NCBI GenBank assembly: GCA_013239625.1
Contig: MU054925.1
Coordinates: 33,521,538 to 33,585,537 of the forward strand
Source of the DNA: Lama guanicoe
Taxonomy: Eukaryota
Direction of reading: 5' to 3'
Length of the DNA: 64,000 bases
The notes beneath the pieces were generated by a model, which was given only the letters and a program-made list of their open reading frames with translations, did not search any database and was not told the origin of the DNA. Positions 1-13,984 of this stretch are shown piece after piece. Every line of letters begins with the position of its first letter. The stretch's first letter is position 1. Made by a program: the position numbers and the translations under genes.

Positions 1-239
1 ACGTGCACACACGTGCACACGGCACTGGCACTTCTGGCTACTGTCAGTGGGCCAGGCTCTGGTCTAAGCTCTGTAAGCGACTGCACAATGGCCCTGTGCT
101 GTTGCTATTGAAGTTCCCTCTTTATAAATGAGGATAGCAAGATGCCCAGAAGTCAGACTTCCATTCTCACAGTTAATAAAAAGTGTCATCTTGTACATAA
201 ACTTTGGAAAGTAGTTGGTCATACGTATTGTAAAGAGTG

Positions 240-900
240 AGTTGCACAAATCAAGGGCCAGGTCCCCAAGAAGACTGCCCTCACTTCAGACACCAGCTGC
301 GAGCTCTGGGGTCCCCAGGCCAGGTGGATTTTTGATCAACTGGCTGCAAATGCGAGGGCTCCACACCACACCCCTCAGGTTGGATTTTTCACCAGAGCAA
401 CTCACAGAAAGCAGGAAAGTACTATACTTATGATCATACTTTCACTGTAAAGGGCACAATCAGGACCAGCCAAAGGAAGAGCCACTCGGGGCAAGCTCTG
501 GGAGGGCACTGCGCACACCAGCCCCGAGGAGCCAGGGCACGTCACCCTCCTGGCATGCCAGTCCCTTTCCCAACCAGGAAGGGCCACTGGGCCCCAGTGT
601 CCAGTTTTTATTGGGGTTTCATTACTGAGGCACGACTGATTGAACCACTGGCCGTGAGACTGTCCTCGATCCACCCCCTCGGCCCTCCTCAGAGGTCAAG
701 AGACCAGGTCGGTGTCTTGGCCCAAAGCCCCAGCACTCCAGTCACATGGCTGCTCCTTAGTCTTCCTCTCGCATAAACTCAGGTGGAGGCCAGGGGTCCC
801 CGTGAATGGCAAAGACACTCCTACCACTGGAAATCCCAAGGGTTTTAGAAGCTCTGTCCCAGGAACCCAGGACAAAGACCGAATTCTTTATTAAACAACA
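240..900 (-). mobile_element. MER21-like LTR (ERVL class), solo and degraded
   Basis: Recognisable MER21 segments AAGACTGCCCTCACTTCAGACACCAG, TTTTTATTGGGGTTTCATTAC and the terminus GGACAAAGACC...TTCTTTATTAAACAACA (TG start on the minus strand). Confidence 0.75.
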
Positions 901-3900
901 ACAGGGCTAAAATGTGCTCACGTCTCTGCCCCCCACCTCCGCACTGGGGCGGCGAGAAACCCGTCACTATGGCAGGGCGCCCGGCCCAGGAGGCGCACGA
1001 AGGATTTGCGCTCCCGGCCCCCGAGGGCCAGAGCAGCGGGCCAGCCCCAACGGCGGCCTCAGCAGCAGGGACGCGCCCGGGGCGCACCTGGTCACGGGGG
1101 CCCCACGGGCCCAGCCTGCTCTAAGAGGGCTTAGCAGCTCGTCGCAGCAAGTGAGGCCCATCCTCACGGAGTTCACATCCCAGTCCGAGACAGACGTCTC
1201 CACACCGAGATGAAAGCCACGTGGGGAGCGGACGCTGGGACAGAGCGGTGGGCGGGGGGCTGACCCCCTGACAGGAGAGGCAGGAAGGCCATGGAGAGGG
1301 AGGCGGGTGTGCTCTCAGCAGAGGACACAGCGGGCAGAGGCCCGAGGGACACGTCTGCACGGCGGACACACACGTCAAGGGCAGGTGACTGGATGGGGCT
1401 GAGTCCCGTGGACCCCCAAAGGGCACCAGGGGGCTTGGACTTCACTCCGCTGGTGACAGACCAGCAGCAGCTGTTTAGGTGCGGGAGTGATATGGTTTCT
1501 AAAGGTCACTGGTCCCCGCGAATAGTGGTCACTAAAGGCAGGAGCAGGGCCCGTGGGAGAGGGCAGAGAGGGAACCAGCGTGGACACAGAGGCCGGCAGA
1601 GCTGCGGCGGGCGGGGGCCAGCCAGTCCTCCCTCGGATCTAACAGAGACCCCCGCTCCAGCCTTCAGGAGCCCGTCTCCCCGTCGGCCGTGAGCGCCGGC
1701 ACTGGGTCCTCCTCGCTGCAGAGCGTTCCTGGAGGACTGCCCGCGACAGCTGAGGGCAGGTGGGGAGGGGGGGATGCTTGACTGCCTTAGGAGGAAGGCC
1801 ACAGGGAATTTCTAAAACAGAGAGAAACGAAAAGTGCCTAATGAACTTAAGTGAAAACAATCAGCTAAAAAGTTAAGATGTTGCCTCCAGAGGGGGAAGA
1901 GGCGCTGCTCCTCCTTCCACACTGAGCTTCCCGACCACACTCCGCTCCAGGAGGGCTGGGCGCCACCAGAGCAATGAACGTCCAGCCCGGAATCGCTCTT
2001 CTCAACCCCAAGCCCAAGCCTCTGGAAACACACCCACAAGACTGAAGGAGCACACGGAAAGACGGAATGTGACACGGATGAGGCCGGGAGCAGCCGTCCC
2101 CAGACAGGGGCGCTGCGCTTGGCCCAGAAGGCCACCCCATCTGTTTGCTAAAAGCAACTAAGCCAGATACTGTTTTAAGTTACAGCTGGTGTCTGGGCCA
2201 CTTTATCAAGCACTTGAGACAGAGAGCTGATTATTTTTCTGGCAACAACGAAAACAGAAAGTCTGAAAGTACGCGGAGTCTGTCACCAGCTGTTTCCGGA
2301 GCGGTTCTTAAAGAGAAGAACCCATCTGGGTCGGGGCCAGAGACGTCCACAAGGGAGGCAGCAGTGGTTGGTCTTTTTCCTCTCGTTTTCCCCTCCTGCG
2401 TTTCGGTTCCTCGAGTCACGCAAAGTAAAACCCCTCAAGGAGCACCTTTCTGTGGCCTTTATGCTATTTCCAAAAGGCCCCTTAAAAAGGGACTTGGGTT
2501 AAAAGAAACATGTGTGTGCCGTGGTCTTGACCTGGTCTCTGCCCCCTTGCTTGGTTCTGGCTTCCCACACCAGGTCTCCCCCCACTGGCCTGCTGTGTGG
2601 CCAGAGCAAAGCCCCACAGCTCCACCCGCGCAGCCCCAGTCCCTCAGCGGTGGAGCTCTCGGAGCGCCGTGCAGAGCCTGACGCACAGAAGGCGCCCAAC
2701 AAGCGGGCCATAACTGACCACTCACAGCACCTTCTCCCGAGACTCTGAGGTCCCCCCGAGCCTGTCCCCAGGACAGTGATCACGGCAGGGGTTCCATAGC
2801 TGAGACCAGTTGTGGGCACGGGGGGGATGGGGAGCTGGCGCTGAGCCAACCGCTCCCAGACTCTCGTGTATTCGTGTAATTCAACACATCCGGGCAGGTC
2901 TGGGGCGGGAGAGCAGAGCCGGTGATGCAGGCACAGGGCTGAAGAGCCAAGCTACAGGGCCCAGGTGCAGGCACAATGGCCTCACGAGAGACCCTGAGGC
3001 TCGACAGGCAGGCAAGACCCCATCACTGGCTGTGCCATGGGTGGCCATCGACGGGTGGACCGGACACCACTCCCCCCGCACCTGTGGCGGTGCCCACACT
3101 AGCACCTGCCTAGCACTCGGTCACCTCGTGGGGGACACTTAACCAGGCCTTACATCAGCACCCTGCAGGTAGGTGTCCTTGTCACACACTCCACCCCAGA
3201 CCTGGCTCCTGTTCCAGAACTGGGGTGGGGTAACAGCGTCCCCATCAGACCGCAGGGCATTGCTGCGAGAATTCGAATGCGGTGAGCGGCCACAAAAAGC
3301 CCTGAGGACGGCTGCAGCGCGTCAGCTGCTACCTTACAACACTCGTGCCGGGGGTCACGGGAGACTTTCATTTTCTTCTTCCTGTGCTGCTTCCCAAAAT
3401 TGGGAAAAGAAAATTCACTTCACAGTAAATATAAACACTTTATGATAAAAATTATCACCTACTAAGATGTCAGCGTGATAACGCTTGGGCTATTTTTTAT
3501 GTAGTAAGAATCCATCAGGACCAGGCAGGAGTCTCCCACTGCTATGTCAGGGATCTGAAAGCAGTTTTCAGGGCCACTGCCAAAGCCAGTGGGCAAGGAC
3601 CGCCCTGCCCACCTCTCCCATCAAAGGATTCCAACCTTAGTCCCCACTCCTGCAGTCCCACTGCCCTAAACCACAGGGACCACACTGGGCCCTGTTCCGG
3701 AGTGGCCCAGCCTGAAATTGGGCGTGACCTGTGGTTTCTCGGGCTGGGCTCCCTGGGCCCCGGAGGGTCTTGTGAGCGATTCACTGGGAGACAGGACGGG
3801 TGAGCCGGATGCTGAGGACAAGGGTGTGAGGTGGATCCCGGGCAGAGGCAGCTGCAGAGCCAGGGACAGGCCGAATGCGCTAGGCGAGGGCGAGGGCCTG

Positions 3901-6900
3901 AGCACAGACCGGCCTCTCCCAAACCAGTCCCATCACCAGAGCCATTCTGAGCTGGTTTCTGGCTGTGGGTCTGCAGACCTGTTAGTGGCCAGGAAGCACC
4001 GCCGCAGAGCGGAGCTTGGTGACGGGCCAAGCTTTGATGTCCCTCCAGGCCACAACAGGCCCGTTCCTCAGATTTGTTTATTTTTCCTGTATAACTTTTG
4101 CAATGTCTCAACTAAATAGGACAGTTTTTATCAACAATTTCCAGAGCAAGAAAAATGGCCAAATGCTTGGTTTGTAATGAAGACTGGTAGATCTGCTAGG
4201 CCGAGGAGGGCCTAGGAGCAGCTCTTACTTTGAGGGGTTTGGAGACCCACGGGAGACCCGGCAGCCTCTCAGCCGACTTGTCACACAGCCTCTTCTCCTC
4301 TGGGTCATGTCCTCCCCGGCTCAGGCCCTCTGCTGAAGCGGCAGGAGGCCCAGCCCCAGCGCCAGGCCTGAGCACGGGGCCCAGGCCTGGCCACTTAGTT
4401 TCTCCATGTCTTCTGCTGGGACCCCAGGGAAAGGTCTCTCCTTCCGCGAGGGGCGCTGACTCGGCAGAAAACAAGCTGAATCGAGGAGCCCCGGGCCGCG
4501 CTGCAGTCTGGCGGGGGTCCGCAGCCCGAGAAGCAGATGTGAGGGACGTGGGCCCGGGAGACGGAGGCCCTGGATCCGGCTGCGCTTAAAGCCAGCCCAC
4601 AAAGAAGCAGTTTGGCTGAGTTCCTGTCCTTGGCACAGGTTGCGCACTGACACAGTACACGAGCCCGGGCCTTACCTGTTCTCAGCTCGAGGCCCCAGAC
4701 TGCAGCGCCTTCACGGCACTTTCCACGCCACCAAACTGTTCACACACGTGATCTCACTCCACCGTCGGCACAGCGCAGCACACACTACCGTTCCCCTTAC
4801 TGCACAGACAAGACTCGAGGAATGACTGACTTCGGCCACCACGGTCACAGCATCATCGTCTGATTCAAAGTCACACAGATTTTACGTCATGGAGCCGGGA
4901 TCCAGGTTCAGGTCCTCTGAATCCAAAGCCCACGTCCCTCCCCTGTCCCAGTGTGTGCTGTCCTGTCCAAACGCAGGCAGGGATACAAAGTGCGAGCCTC
5001 ACCCTCACTTCAAGGGCTTACAGTCACCTTGGAAGTGGACACAAGTCCAGGAGCCAACTAGGGATGTGGAAAGCCGTAACACAGCCAAGAGTCCAGGCAG
5101 CACTCACACAGCAGGAGGCAGACGGCAAGGAGGCGACACTTCAGACGGGATGCTGGTGTTCTCTGAGCATCACTGTGACTTCAGAAACCAACCCCCGCAC
5201 CTGCTGACCCTCCTCCACCAGCCGCCTCAGCCCCCCCGCACCCACTTCCAGCCGAGCTCTCCTCCACCGTGGAATTCGGGGCTGCTGCCTGCCCAGACGG
5301 TCCAGGGGCCCCTCGTGACCACCAGAAGGAGGAGCACAGATCCCAGCCACTGGCTGCTCCCCCCACTGTCTTCAAAGTGGTAGCTTTCAGGTGACGGGAC
5401 ACTCCCGCTCCCAGCCTCCCTCAGGGAACTCGACAGCCCTACATTATATTACCAATATTCTGGTGACACCCAGTGGCCTCTGGGTCTGCACTAGGTCCTT
5501 TTCTGTTGAATAAGTGTCTTAAATGGTGGCTACAAATAGTTACTAAAGGAATTCTGCCTCACTGATGGAGAAAAAAATTTCATTTAGCCATCTCATTTAA
5601 TGTAACTGAGAAAACTGAGTTTTTAAAATCTCATATCATCTTTTCTAACCAATTTACATTATATTAGCGAGGTGTCACTGAATGAGTTTTCTTAGGTCAA
5701 AATTTTTTTCTTATCAAATCACAACATAACATAAAAGATGTTCCAGAAATGGAAAGTCACCAAGGACTCCAAAAGGACTTGAAGGCATGTCCCACCGCAC
5801 AGGGGCTCTCAGACATCAGGCACTCTGGCGCCACCGTCACAAAGGCTGCGCGGCCCACCGCGTGCTCCCCGGTCCCGTCTTCCCCCTTTAAGGACTCTGT
5901 CCAGGGAGCTTGTGCTCTAGTGAGAGGACACAGGAACAGCGCCACGTGCTTAGTCACAGAGGTCACTTCAGATGGTGACAAGGGCCCAGAAGAAACCGTT
6001 CTGATGTTGTGACAGTGACTTGGGGGCTGGTGACTTTGGGAGGCAGGGTTGGGGAGACAGGTGACACCGAAATGACAGAACAGAGGCAGGGCAGCTGGAG
6101 CCCAGGAACAGCGAGTGCAAAGGCCCTGAGTTCCCGTTAGCAAGACGCTGAAAGGGGGAGGGGAGGCCGGCGAGGGCTGGCTCTGTAACGCCAACCTGGA
6201 GGGGTCCTCATGTGGGACACTGTTCCTGCTTCTAGGCCTTTCACTTCCCAACTTCATATTTTGGAAAATTTCAAACCGATAGGAAACCTGAAAGGACAGA
6301 GCAATGAACCCGGTACACATCTCTCCGGGTTGTGACGCCAGCTGTGAACAGTTTGCTGCATCTGTGTTCTCTCTCAACGTCGCTCACACGCAGAAACATT
6401 ACATCAATACGTATCACACGCACTGTATGTGTAACTATATACAAGAAAACCCAACACACAACAACATACGTAACTTACACAATACGTACAAACGGTCCCT
6501 AACCATTTTCAAGTAGTCTGCAGACACAGTAAAATCCCGCCACTGACACCTGCCTGCTGGGAACTGGGACGCTCTCCAGCTGGGACACCTCACACCGATG
6601 CCACAGCACTACCTCACCTACGCTGAATTCAAGCCCCCGTCTGCCCCCTATGATGGCTTTCAGAACTGATTTTTGCTTGCTGGTTTTTTTAGATCTGGTC
6701 TCTTCAGCTTCCTTGAATCTGAGAAGCGTCACCTGCCCCTTTGTTTGGCAAGAGGGGTGACGTCCTTCATGATTTCGATACAAAGAGTCTGGCCTGGTTT
6801 ATTATTTACTCACTATTTTTCTTTAAATTGACAACTGCTGTTGTACTGGGGGAAAAAGGTCAAAGGAAAGCAAAAACTTCCATAAAAATGACAGGTTTCA

Positions 6901-8968
6901 CGCACTAGTTATTTGGGTTTTCTAATACACACGACAGCAAGGATGAAGCTCTGAGACCGAGCGTCTGTGTGACGGCTCCCCCCTTAAATCGCCATGTCCA
7001 CCCGTGAGGAGCTGCCCCAGTCCCACCTCAGCTGGCGCCCCACAGGCCGCTCCGGCGGGCAATGCCTCCTTCCCCAGGAGGGCTCTGTGACCTCCGCCAC
7101 ATCCAGTGGCACTGGGCTAGGTGACTCCTTTGATGTGAGTGTCACAGCCCCGGGCAGAGATGAGAAAACCGAGGCATGCAGGCTGTACCGTGTGCCCAAC
7201 CCTTCAAATCAGCCGGTGCAGGGGCACTTCCCACCCCCACCCCACACCAGGGGCACACCGAGCTCTTCCATGGTCCTGGCCCAGGACCCCCAGGCACTCT
7301 CCAGGCACGTCACCAGCTTTGCGTGACAGGCAATGACCCTCAGTCTCCGGAGGATGGAGACATGTGCCCAGGCCACACAGCCTGTGGGTGAGGAGCCACC
7401 AGTGCCTGGGAGACCCCTCCCCAGGATGGAGGCAGCGCCCCTGATGTGCACTGGTGGAAGCTGCTCCCGCAAGCATACACTGTCCTCCCGGAGAGCAGCC
7501 CCAGGGGGAGTGGGCGACGTGGTGGCACCCGCCGGTCACTGCTCGGGGACACCTCCAGCAGCTCCCCTCTGCCTAGAGCTGTGCTTCCCAAAGTGGGAGA
7601 GGTCTGCAGTAACACAGATCTGGCATTTGGTGTATTGTACGAAAAATCATTATCTTTTTGGTTCTCTTTCAATCTCTCCGGCTGAACAATGAGCAAGTCT
7701 CAATTGGGGGCATGATCTACTTAAAACCTCTTCAAAATGCCCTAATCTCCCTTTTACCCAAAGCAAACCGTGGCTCATGGTCAGCCCGCAGCAGCTAGAA
7801 TCTGCCACCGCCTGGTTCTCAGTGTGAGCATGCTATTCTGTTTACGGGATGGACGTTGCTTTCCACTTGCCTTAACGTTACAGCTTCCACGTGGTCTCTT
7901 AACATTTAAAGACTAAACTGATTCAAAGATAAACAGTGAAATGAGGACAAAAGAGGCAGTGAGCCCATGACAGATGGTGAGGATGGCTCTAAGAAAAGGT
8001 GAGGCGCCCACCACCCCCACCGGGGCCGCGCCCCCCGTGCTGGGGGTCAGCCTTTGCTGGAACCCAGCGGCAGGGGGACCGGCAGGGCCGCCTTATTGGA
8101 CTGCCTCACAGAGAAGCCCCCGCGCCTGCACTCTCCTTGATGGTGCTGAGCCAGGATCCTGACACATAAACCCTCCCAAGAAATCTAACAGCTACCGAGA
8201 GCCAGGAAGAAGGCACAGGCCACAGGCAGCTTCCCAGGTGACGTGGCGCCACCAGCAGCCGGCACTCGAGTCAGAGCCGAGGTCAGACCCCACAGCTCAG
8301 GCGGCGGCAGGTGAGCACCGAGCCCCTCAGTACCTCTCAGAAACACCCAGGTGTGGTTTAACGGTGATTAACAGGGAGCTTCTCGTCTAGAATTTTCCTG
8401 AACTGTCTGTCCACTGTCAGTTCCAACTGAGCAAATGTGAAATGTAAATTCTCAACGACAAAGAAAAAAGCTCTGTCACCGGCCTCTTGCATTTTACTTC
8501 ACACAGCAACATGACTGTGCGGTGTACTGAGTCGCAGCCCCGCGTACTTCACCCTCATTCTAATTAAACCCACGTGCACGTGTGTGTGCAGGAGGTGTGT
8601 TGTGGGACAGGGGGAGGTCTTGGAAGGGGATGCCACGCAATTTCAATCCAGTTTTACAGACCCCGAGGTCCTGCACCCCCCACCTTAGCAACCCAAGAGT
8701 CCTGGCCTCCCTGGAGATCTGTGTTCATCTGAGGTTAAAATCAAACTAGGTCGCTCCTCTTCAAAGTTCCCCGTCAAAGTAACCCTCCTCCCCGCACAGG
8801 GGCAACAGGACAAAGGCAACACACCCCCGGGACTTGCTTCGCAAGAAACTTGCCCAGGCTGCCACCCACTTCCAAGGGAAAGAGGTCAAACGACAACTGA
8901 GTCCTCAACTGAAAGGAAGGCGGAAGGGAGACATAGAAGGAAAACAGATGGAGGAGGGGTGGAGACTT

Positions 8969-9025
8969 GAGGGAAGGAGGGAGGGAAGGGGGAGGAAGGG
9001 GGAAGAGGGGGAGGGAGGAGAGAGG
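8969..9025. repeat. Pure polypurine tract (GA-rich low complexity)
   Basis: 57 consecutive purines, GAGGGAAGGAGGGAGGGAAGGGGGAGG...AGAGG. Confidence 0.9.
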
Positions 9026-10489
9026 CGTCCTCTTTAGGTTCTGTTTCGTCAGGCTCTCGCTCAGGCTGGACAAGTTTGAGGTTTTAAAATTAAGCAAGAA
9101 ACTGAATTCTATAAACAAATGTACTCTCTTCTCATTCTAAGGTCAAGGATGCAGTTTTCGTGGGCTGGAGCCCCCACAGGCCTCCCGTGGGCAGTGCCCG
9201 AGCACAGGGCCCAGGCTGTTCGGTGCCGGCTCCTGGCTACCCGCCCTCCACTCTCCCTGCCCCTCCAGCTGCCTCCTCCTGCAGAAAAAGCCTGCTCGAG
9301 GCCTGATTCCCTGGTCTCCTGAGCAGCCGCGGAGGCACTGCAGGAGGCCCTGGCAGCCCAGGCCCTGTCCTGCCCCATGTGCCCCGTCTGTCAACCGGAG
9401 ACACACCGCCCGTCACCCGGAGACACACCGCCCCCCGATCATGGGGGCGGAGAGCACACGTTGAGCGGCTCTCCCTCCCCACCAGCAGCGGCCCCACCAC
9501 CCAGCCTGAACGAGGCCGAGGCTGTTACCCCCGGACACCCCCCTCCCAGGACGCTGCAGGTCAGTAACTGTGCAGAGGAGCAGGTTTTAAGAGGCGTGTG
9601 ACTGACGCGCACAGAGCTCCCGGCAGGCAGAGCCTCCTGAACTTACCGAGCCCATCGCCCAGCTCCAGGAAAGCCCTCCCGCACAGACAGTAACCTGGCC
9701 ACGAGAATTAGGCCAGATCGTGGGATGAGGATTCAGAATGAATTAGGTCAAAGAACAAGCCTCTGGAAAAGCAAGAGTTTCATAAAAATGGAAATACACG
9801 CCCAGCCGTCTGCGTCGCTGGCGAACGTGGGAGAGGCCGAAGGCCACTCAGTGGTCTAATAAAATGTTTACAGGCGAAGGTTCTGCCAGAAGAGATGGCT
9901 TGAGACCAACAGACCACGAGCTGGGGTCTGGAGACCCTCTCACGAGGCAGATGTCACTGTGATGGCAGGAACACGACTCTCTCAGCCTGGGCAGCAGGGG
10001 TCCCGCCTCTGCTCCCCTCTCTGGACCCACGGCCCTGAGGAGGTGCGTCGGCCTATCCCGGCTAGCCGGGAGCTCCCACAGGGCAGGGGTCTCGCCACCT
10101 CTGCCTGGACTCCTGCCTGGCCCAGAGGAGGGGGGCCCACACACCCTGGGGGGACGGACAAGTACACAAACCAGGGACCAGATCAGTAAGTGATGGGACG
10201 GGGTAAATGAGCCGGGAGGTGCAGAGAGCAATTCACTCTCTCCTGACAGACTCTGAGTCTCCGGCGGCTTCGAGACACCGGAACAAAGATGGCCCTGCCC
10301 ACCTCCCACAAGGACAAGCAGGGGACCCCAGGCCGAGGGGGACTCTCGGTGGGGCGAACCAGCTAAGGCAGGAGGGCCTCCTGCCAAGGCTGAAGAAACA
10401 AGAGTTGCAACCGGACCGGCACAACCCAAGGTGCGCGCAGCCCCGCAACAGCACACGCTCGCGGGGAGCCCACCGCACCAGCTCCGCTT

Positions 10490-10660
10490 CGAGGACCTGG
10501 CACATAAACTCAGTAACCCTCACGACGACCGTGGTAAGTGCGTAACGGTTATTATTCCTATTTTATGGATGACAAAACTAAGGTACAAGGTGGTCAAGCC
10601 GCCAGCGCGGAGCACAGAGCAGACCCGGGCCGGGTGGCAAGATGCGGAGCCCGCCCTCCC
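10490..10660 (-). mobile_element. MIR SINE
   Basis: ATTATTCCTATTTTATGGATGACAAAACTAAGG, the reverse MIR core. Confidence 0.65.
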
Positions 10661-11429
10661 GACTCCCCTCTCCCACTGCCCCGCCCAGAGCCTCCCACGA
10701 GCCCCTCCTCGAGTCACATGGGTGACTCCGAGGCCTCGGGCCTTGGAAGCACGTCGCTTCTGCAACAAGGAAGTCACCGAGAAAACAGGACTCACCCCAC
10801 AGCTCTGCCGTGCTGCCCGCGAGACTGGGAGGCTCCCATTTCACAGCGTACGAGGGAGATGTTACAGGGAGAAACCCAACGGCTTCGGGGCTGGCAGGCC
10901 TGGGCTCCAGACCCGTTTCTAAGTGGCCTCTGGACGACGCTCTGATCCCTGCGGGTGAGCCCCCATCTCCTCAGCAGCAGCCGACTCTCAGGCTGTCGAG
11001 GGGTTGAAGGACCCCTTGCGCAAGGCGCCCGGGCCACGGCTGGCACAGCATGCGAGAGCTGGGGCTGACGATGCTGCTGCCCTTCTCGTCCCTCAGCCCC
11101 GGGACTCCGGTCCCCCCACCCCGCCAACACTCGTCTTCGTGCCCAAGTGGAAACGTTACTTTGAAGAAACGCCTGCCACGACCCAAGACCACGCACAATG
11201 GTGCACCTGAAGAGAGATGGGGGACGCGGGCCAACCCACAACACAAGCGTTACTAGAGGACGACAGAGATGGAACAGCCCCACCACCCCTGCCGCTTCCC
11301 TGGCTCAGATGTCCACCTCCTGGGCTTGGCGACTCATTCCTGCAGCTACAGCCTGCCTTCCACTCCTGGGGGAAGTGCATCAACGTTAAAGCCATGTCTA
11401 CAGCAATGCTCCAAGAGCAATTTACAGCT

Positions 11430-12938
11430 TTTTATATTTAATATTCAAAAACATCAGTTGGTGAATTCACCATATTAACAGAATAAAGAAGAAGTATATT
11501 CATTTCAAAAGCTGCAAAAAGAACATCTGATTAAGGTCAACAACTACTCATGGTAAAAATGCTCAGCACACTAAGACCTGAAGGAGCCTTCCTCACAGCG
11601 TAAGGGCGTCTGTGAGGGACCCAGTGCTAACACCAAATAACCTAACACATCACTGAAGGCCTTCCCCGCCAAGACCGGAACAGAGCAGCAGGGACTTGCC
11701 TCTCCACCACCCAGCGTCTCACTGGGGGTCGCAACCAGCACGATGAGGCGGAAGAAGAGCTGGAAGGCAGAAGAGCTGGAAGGCACAAAGAGCAGAAAGG
11801 AAGAAAGTAAAGCGATCTTTAGCCACAGGCAATATGCTTGATTATTTACGTATAAAATCCTAAGAAGTACACAAAGCCACTGCTATGACTAACAGAGTTT
11901 AGCGAGGTTCCAAGAAACAAGACCTACACGTATATTTAACGGTGTTAATACGTTAGCAACAAATGAAAAGCATCATCTACAACAGCATCAAAAACGTAAG
12001 GCACTTGGGGATGAACCCAACACGACACGAGTAAGATCGCTACTGAAAGCCACAGACACTGCTTAAAGAAGGCCTGAATGTATTAGAGAGATGTCAGGCT
12101 CATAAACCAAAAGACACTGTCTTTAAAGAGTCAGTTCTCTCCAATTCGAACTACAGCTTCAATGTAATTCCGATCACAATTCTAGGATACGTGTGCATCG
12201 TGCAGAAATTGGAAAGCTACTTCTAAAACTTATGTGGAAATGCAAAGGACCTGGAGCGTTCAAGGCAACCTTTAAAAAGAACAAAGCTGGGGGACTCTCT
12301 CTACTTGACTTCAAGACTCCCTCTGTGAAGCTAGTGCAGTTTTGTGGAAGTGACAGGCAAACAGGTCAGTGAGGTTGGGCAGAGCCCAGAAAAAGACCCA
12401 CCCTTCGAAGGTCGCATGGCTTTCAACAAAGGCAACAGAACAACCCAACAGAGAAAGGAAAGACTTTGCACAAACGCGGAACCACGACAGCTGGAGGGCC
12501 GGATGAGGGCGCTCAGCCAGGCCCCTCTCACCCCAGACAGACTAACTCAGGGTGGGGCTCAGCCCTAAGCGTAGGCGCTAAAGCATCAGTCTTTGAGAAG
12601 GAAACAGCAGAATGCCTTCACGACGTGGTGGCAGGGAACGCTCTCTCAAGCAGGACCCAGCGATGACCACGGGAGAAGAGCCCGATCAGTTAGACGTCAT
12701 CAAAACGGAGAACTCCTGCTTGTCACAGACATCAAGAAAGCCACAGACTGTGACACAACATTCACAGAACACACACGTGGCAAAGAACTGGTAAAGAGAT
12801 TCATCAAGAAGGTCGGCAGGTTTTTAAATTCCAAACCCAGCTGAAAATAGGCGAAAGATTGGAAAGACACTACATAAAAGAAGACCCACAGACCCACAGA
12901 CAGCCAGAGAACGTGTTAAAAAGCAGCCACCGTCGTCA
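11430..12938 (+). mobile_element. Old L1 (L1M) ORF2 remnant, 5' part
   Basis: Degenerate ORF2 RT-region sequence (ATTCACCATATTAACAGAATAAAG..., AAAAAGAACAAAGCTGG...CTACTTGACTTCAAGACT). A-rich, no open frame. Confidence 0.85.
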
Positions 12939-13984
12939 CAGGCACACCTCAGCGGTGCGGCGGGTTCGGTTCCAGGCCACTTCAGTAAGGCAAGTGTCAC
13001 AACTGCAAGTTACACAGAATTTTTTGGCTTTCTGGTGCATGTACAAGTTGTGTTTTCACTATGCTGTAGTCTGTTAAGTGTGTGACAGCATTATGCCCAA
13101 ACAAGTAAACAATGTACACACCTTAAAATTTAAAAATATTTCATGGCTAAAAACGCCAACCAGCACCTGCACCTTCACCTGCGCTGACGTTCCGGAGAAG
13201 CTTCTTTCCTTAAACCTCAGAACCAACCTCTGCTACCTTCAGACTCTCCTGCCGCAGCTTCCCCACCTCTCAGCCGTCAGAGCTGCGGGAGGGTGGGGCC
13301 TGGCTCTGGGTTAGACTCTGGCTGAAGGGAGTGCGGAGGCTGGCCGGACCTGCCGCCCAGACCACTCAGACTTTCCCCACATCAGCAGTAAGGCTGTTTC
13401 ACTTTCTCATCATGCCTGTGCTCACCAAAGGAGCACCTTTCATTGCCTTCAGGAACTTTCTCTNNNNNNNNNNNNNNNNNNNNNNNNNNNNNNNNNNNNN
13501 NNNNNNNNNNNNNNNNNNNNNNNNNNNNNNNNNNNNNNNNNNNNNNNNNNNNNNNNNNNNNNNNNNNNNNNNNNNNNNNNNNNNNNNNNNNNNNNNNTCC
13601 ATTTGAGCACCTAGAGGCCACTGTGGGGTTATTAACTTGCCTAATTTCAGTATTGTGTCTCGGAAGAGGGAGGCCAGAGGAGAGGGAGGGAGATGGGGGG
13701 CCCGCAGGGAGGTGAAGCAGCCAGATTAAGTTCACTGTCTTACGTGGGCACGGCTCATGGTGCCCCAAAACAATAATAGTGACATCAAAGATCACTGATC
13801 ACAACAAATATAATAACAGTGAGGAAGTCTGAAATAGTGCGAAAATCACCAAACTTGACACCAACCAGGAGTGAGCAGATGCTGCTGGAGCAATGGCGCC
13901 GACAGACTTGTTCATCGCACAGTTGTTGCAAACCCCACTGTGTGAAAAATGCAACTTCTGTGAGGCATAGTAAAGCACAGTCTG
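12939..13984 (+). mobile_element. Tigger1-derived DNA transposon (TcMar), internally deleted, nested in L1
   Basis: 5' end CAGGCACACCTC...GCGGGTTCGGTTCCAGGCCAC, internal Tigger1 text (TCAGCAGTAAGGCTGTTTCACTTTCT) and a degenerate 3' end (...TAAAGCACAGTCTG). Contains N gap 13464-13597. Confidence 0.85.

Noticed and set aside
9390-9433. 22-bp direct repeat x2 (also a 16-bp x2 at 11753-11784 and a 10-bp x2 at 1-20)
   Set aside because: Simple local slippage duplications with no spacers; not CRISPR-like, and the DNA is eukaryotic.
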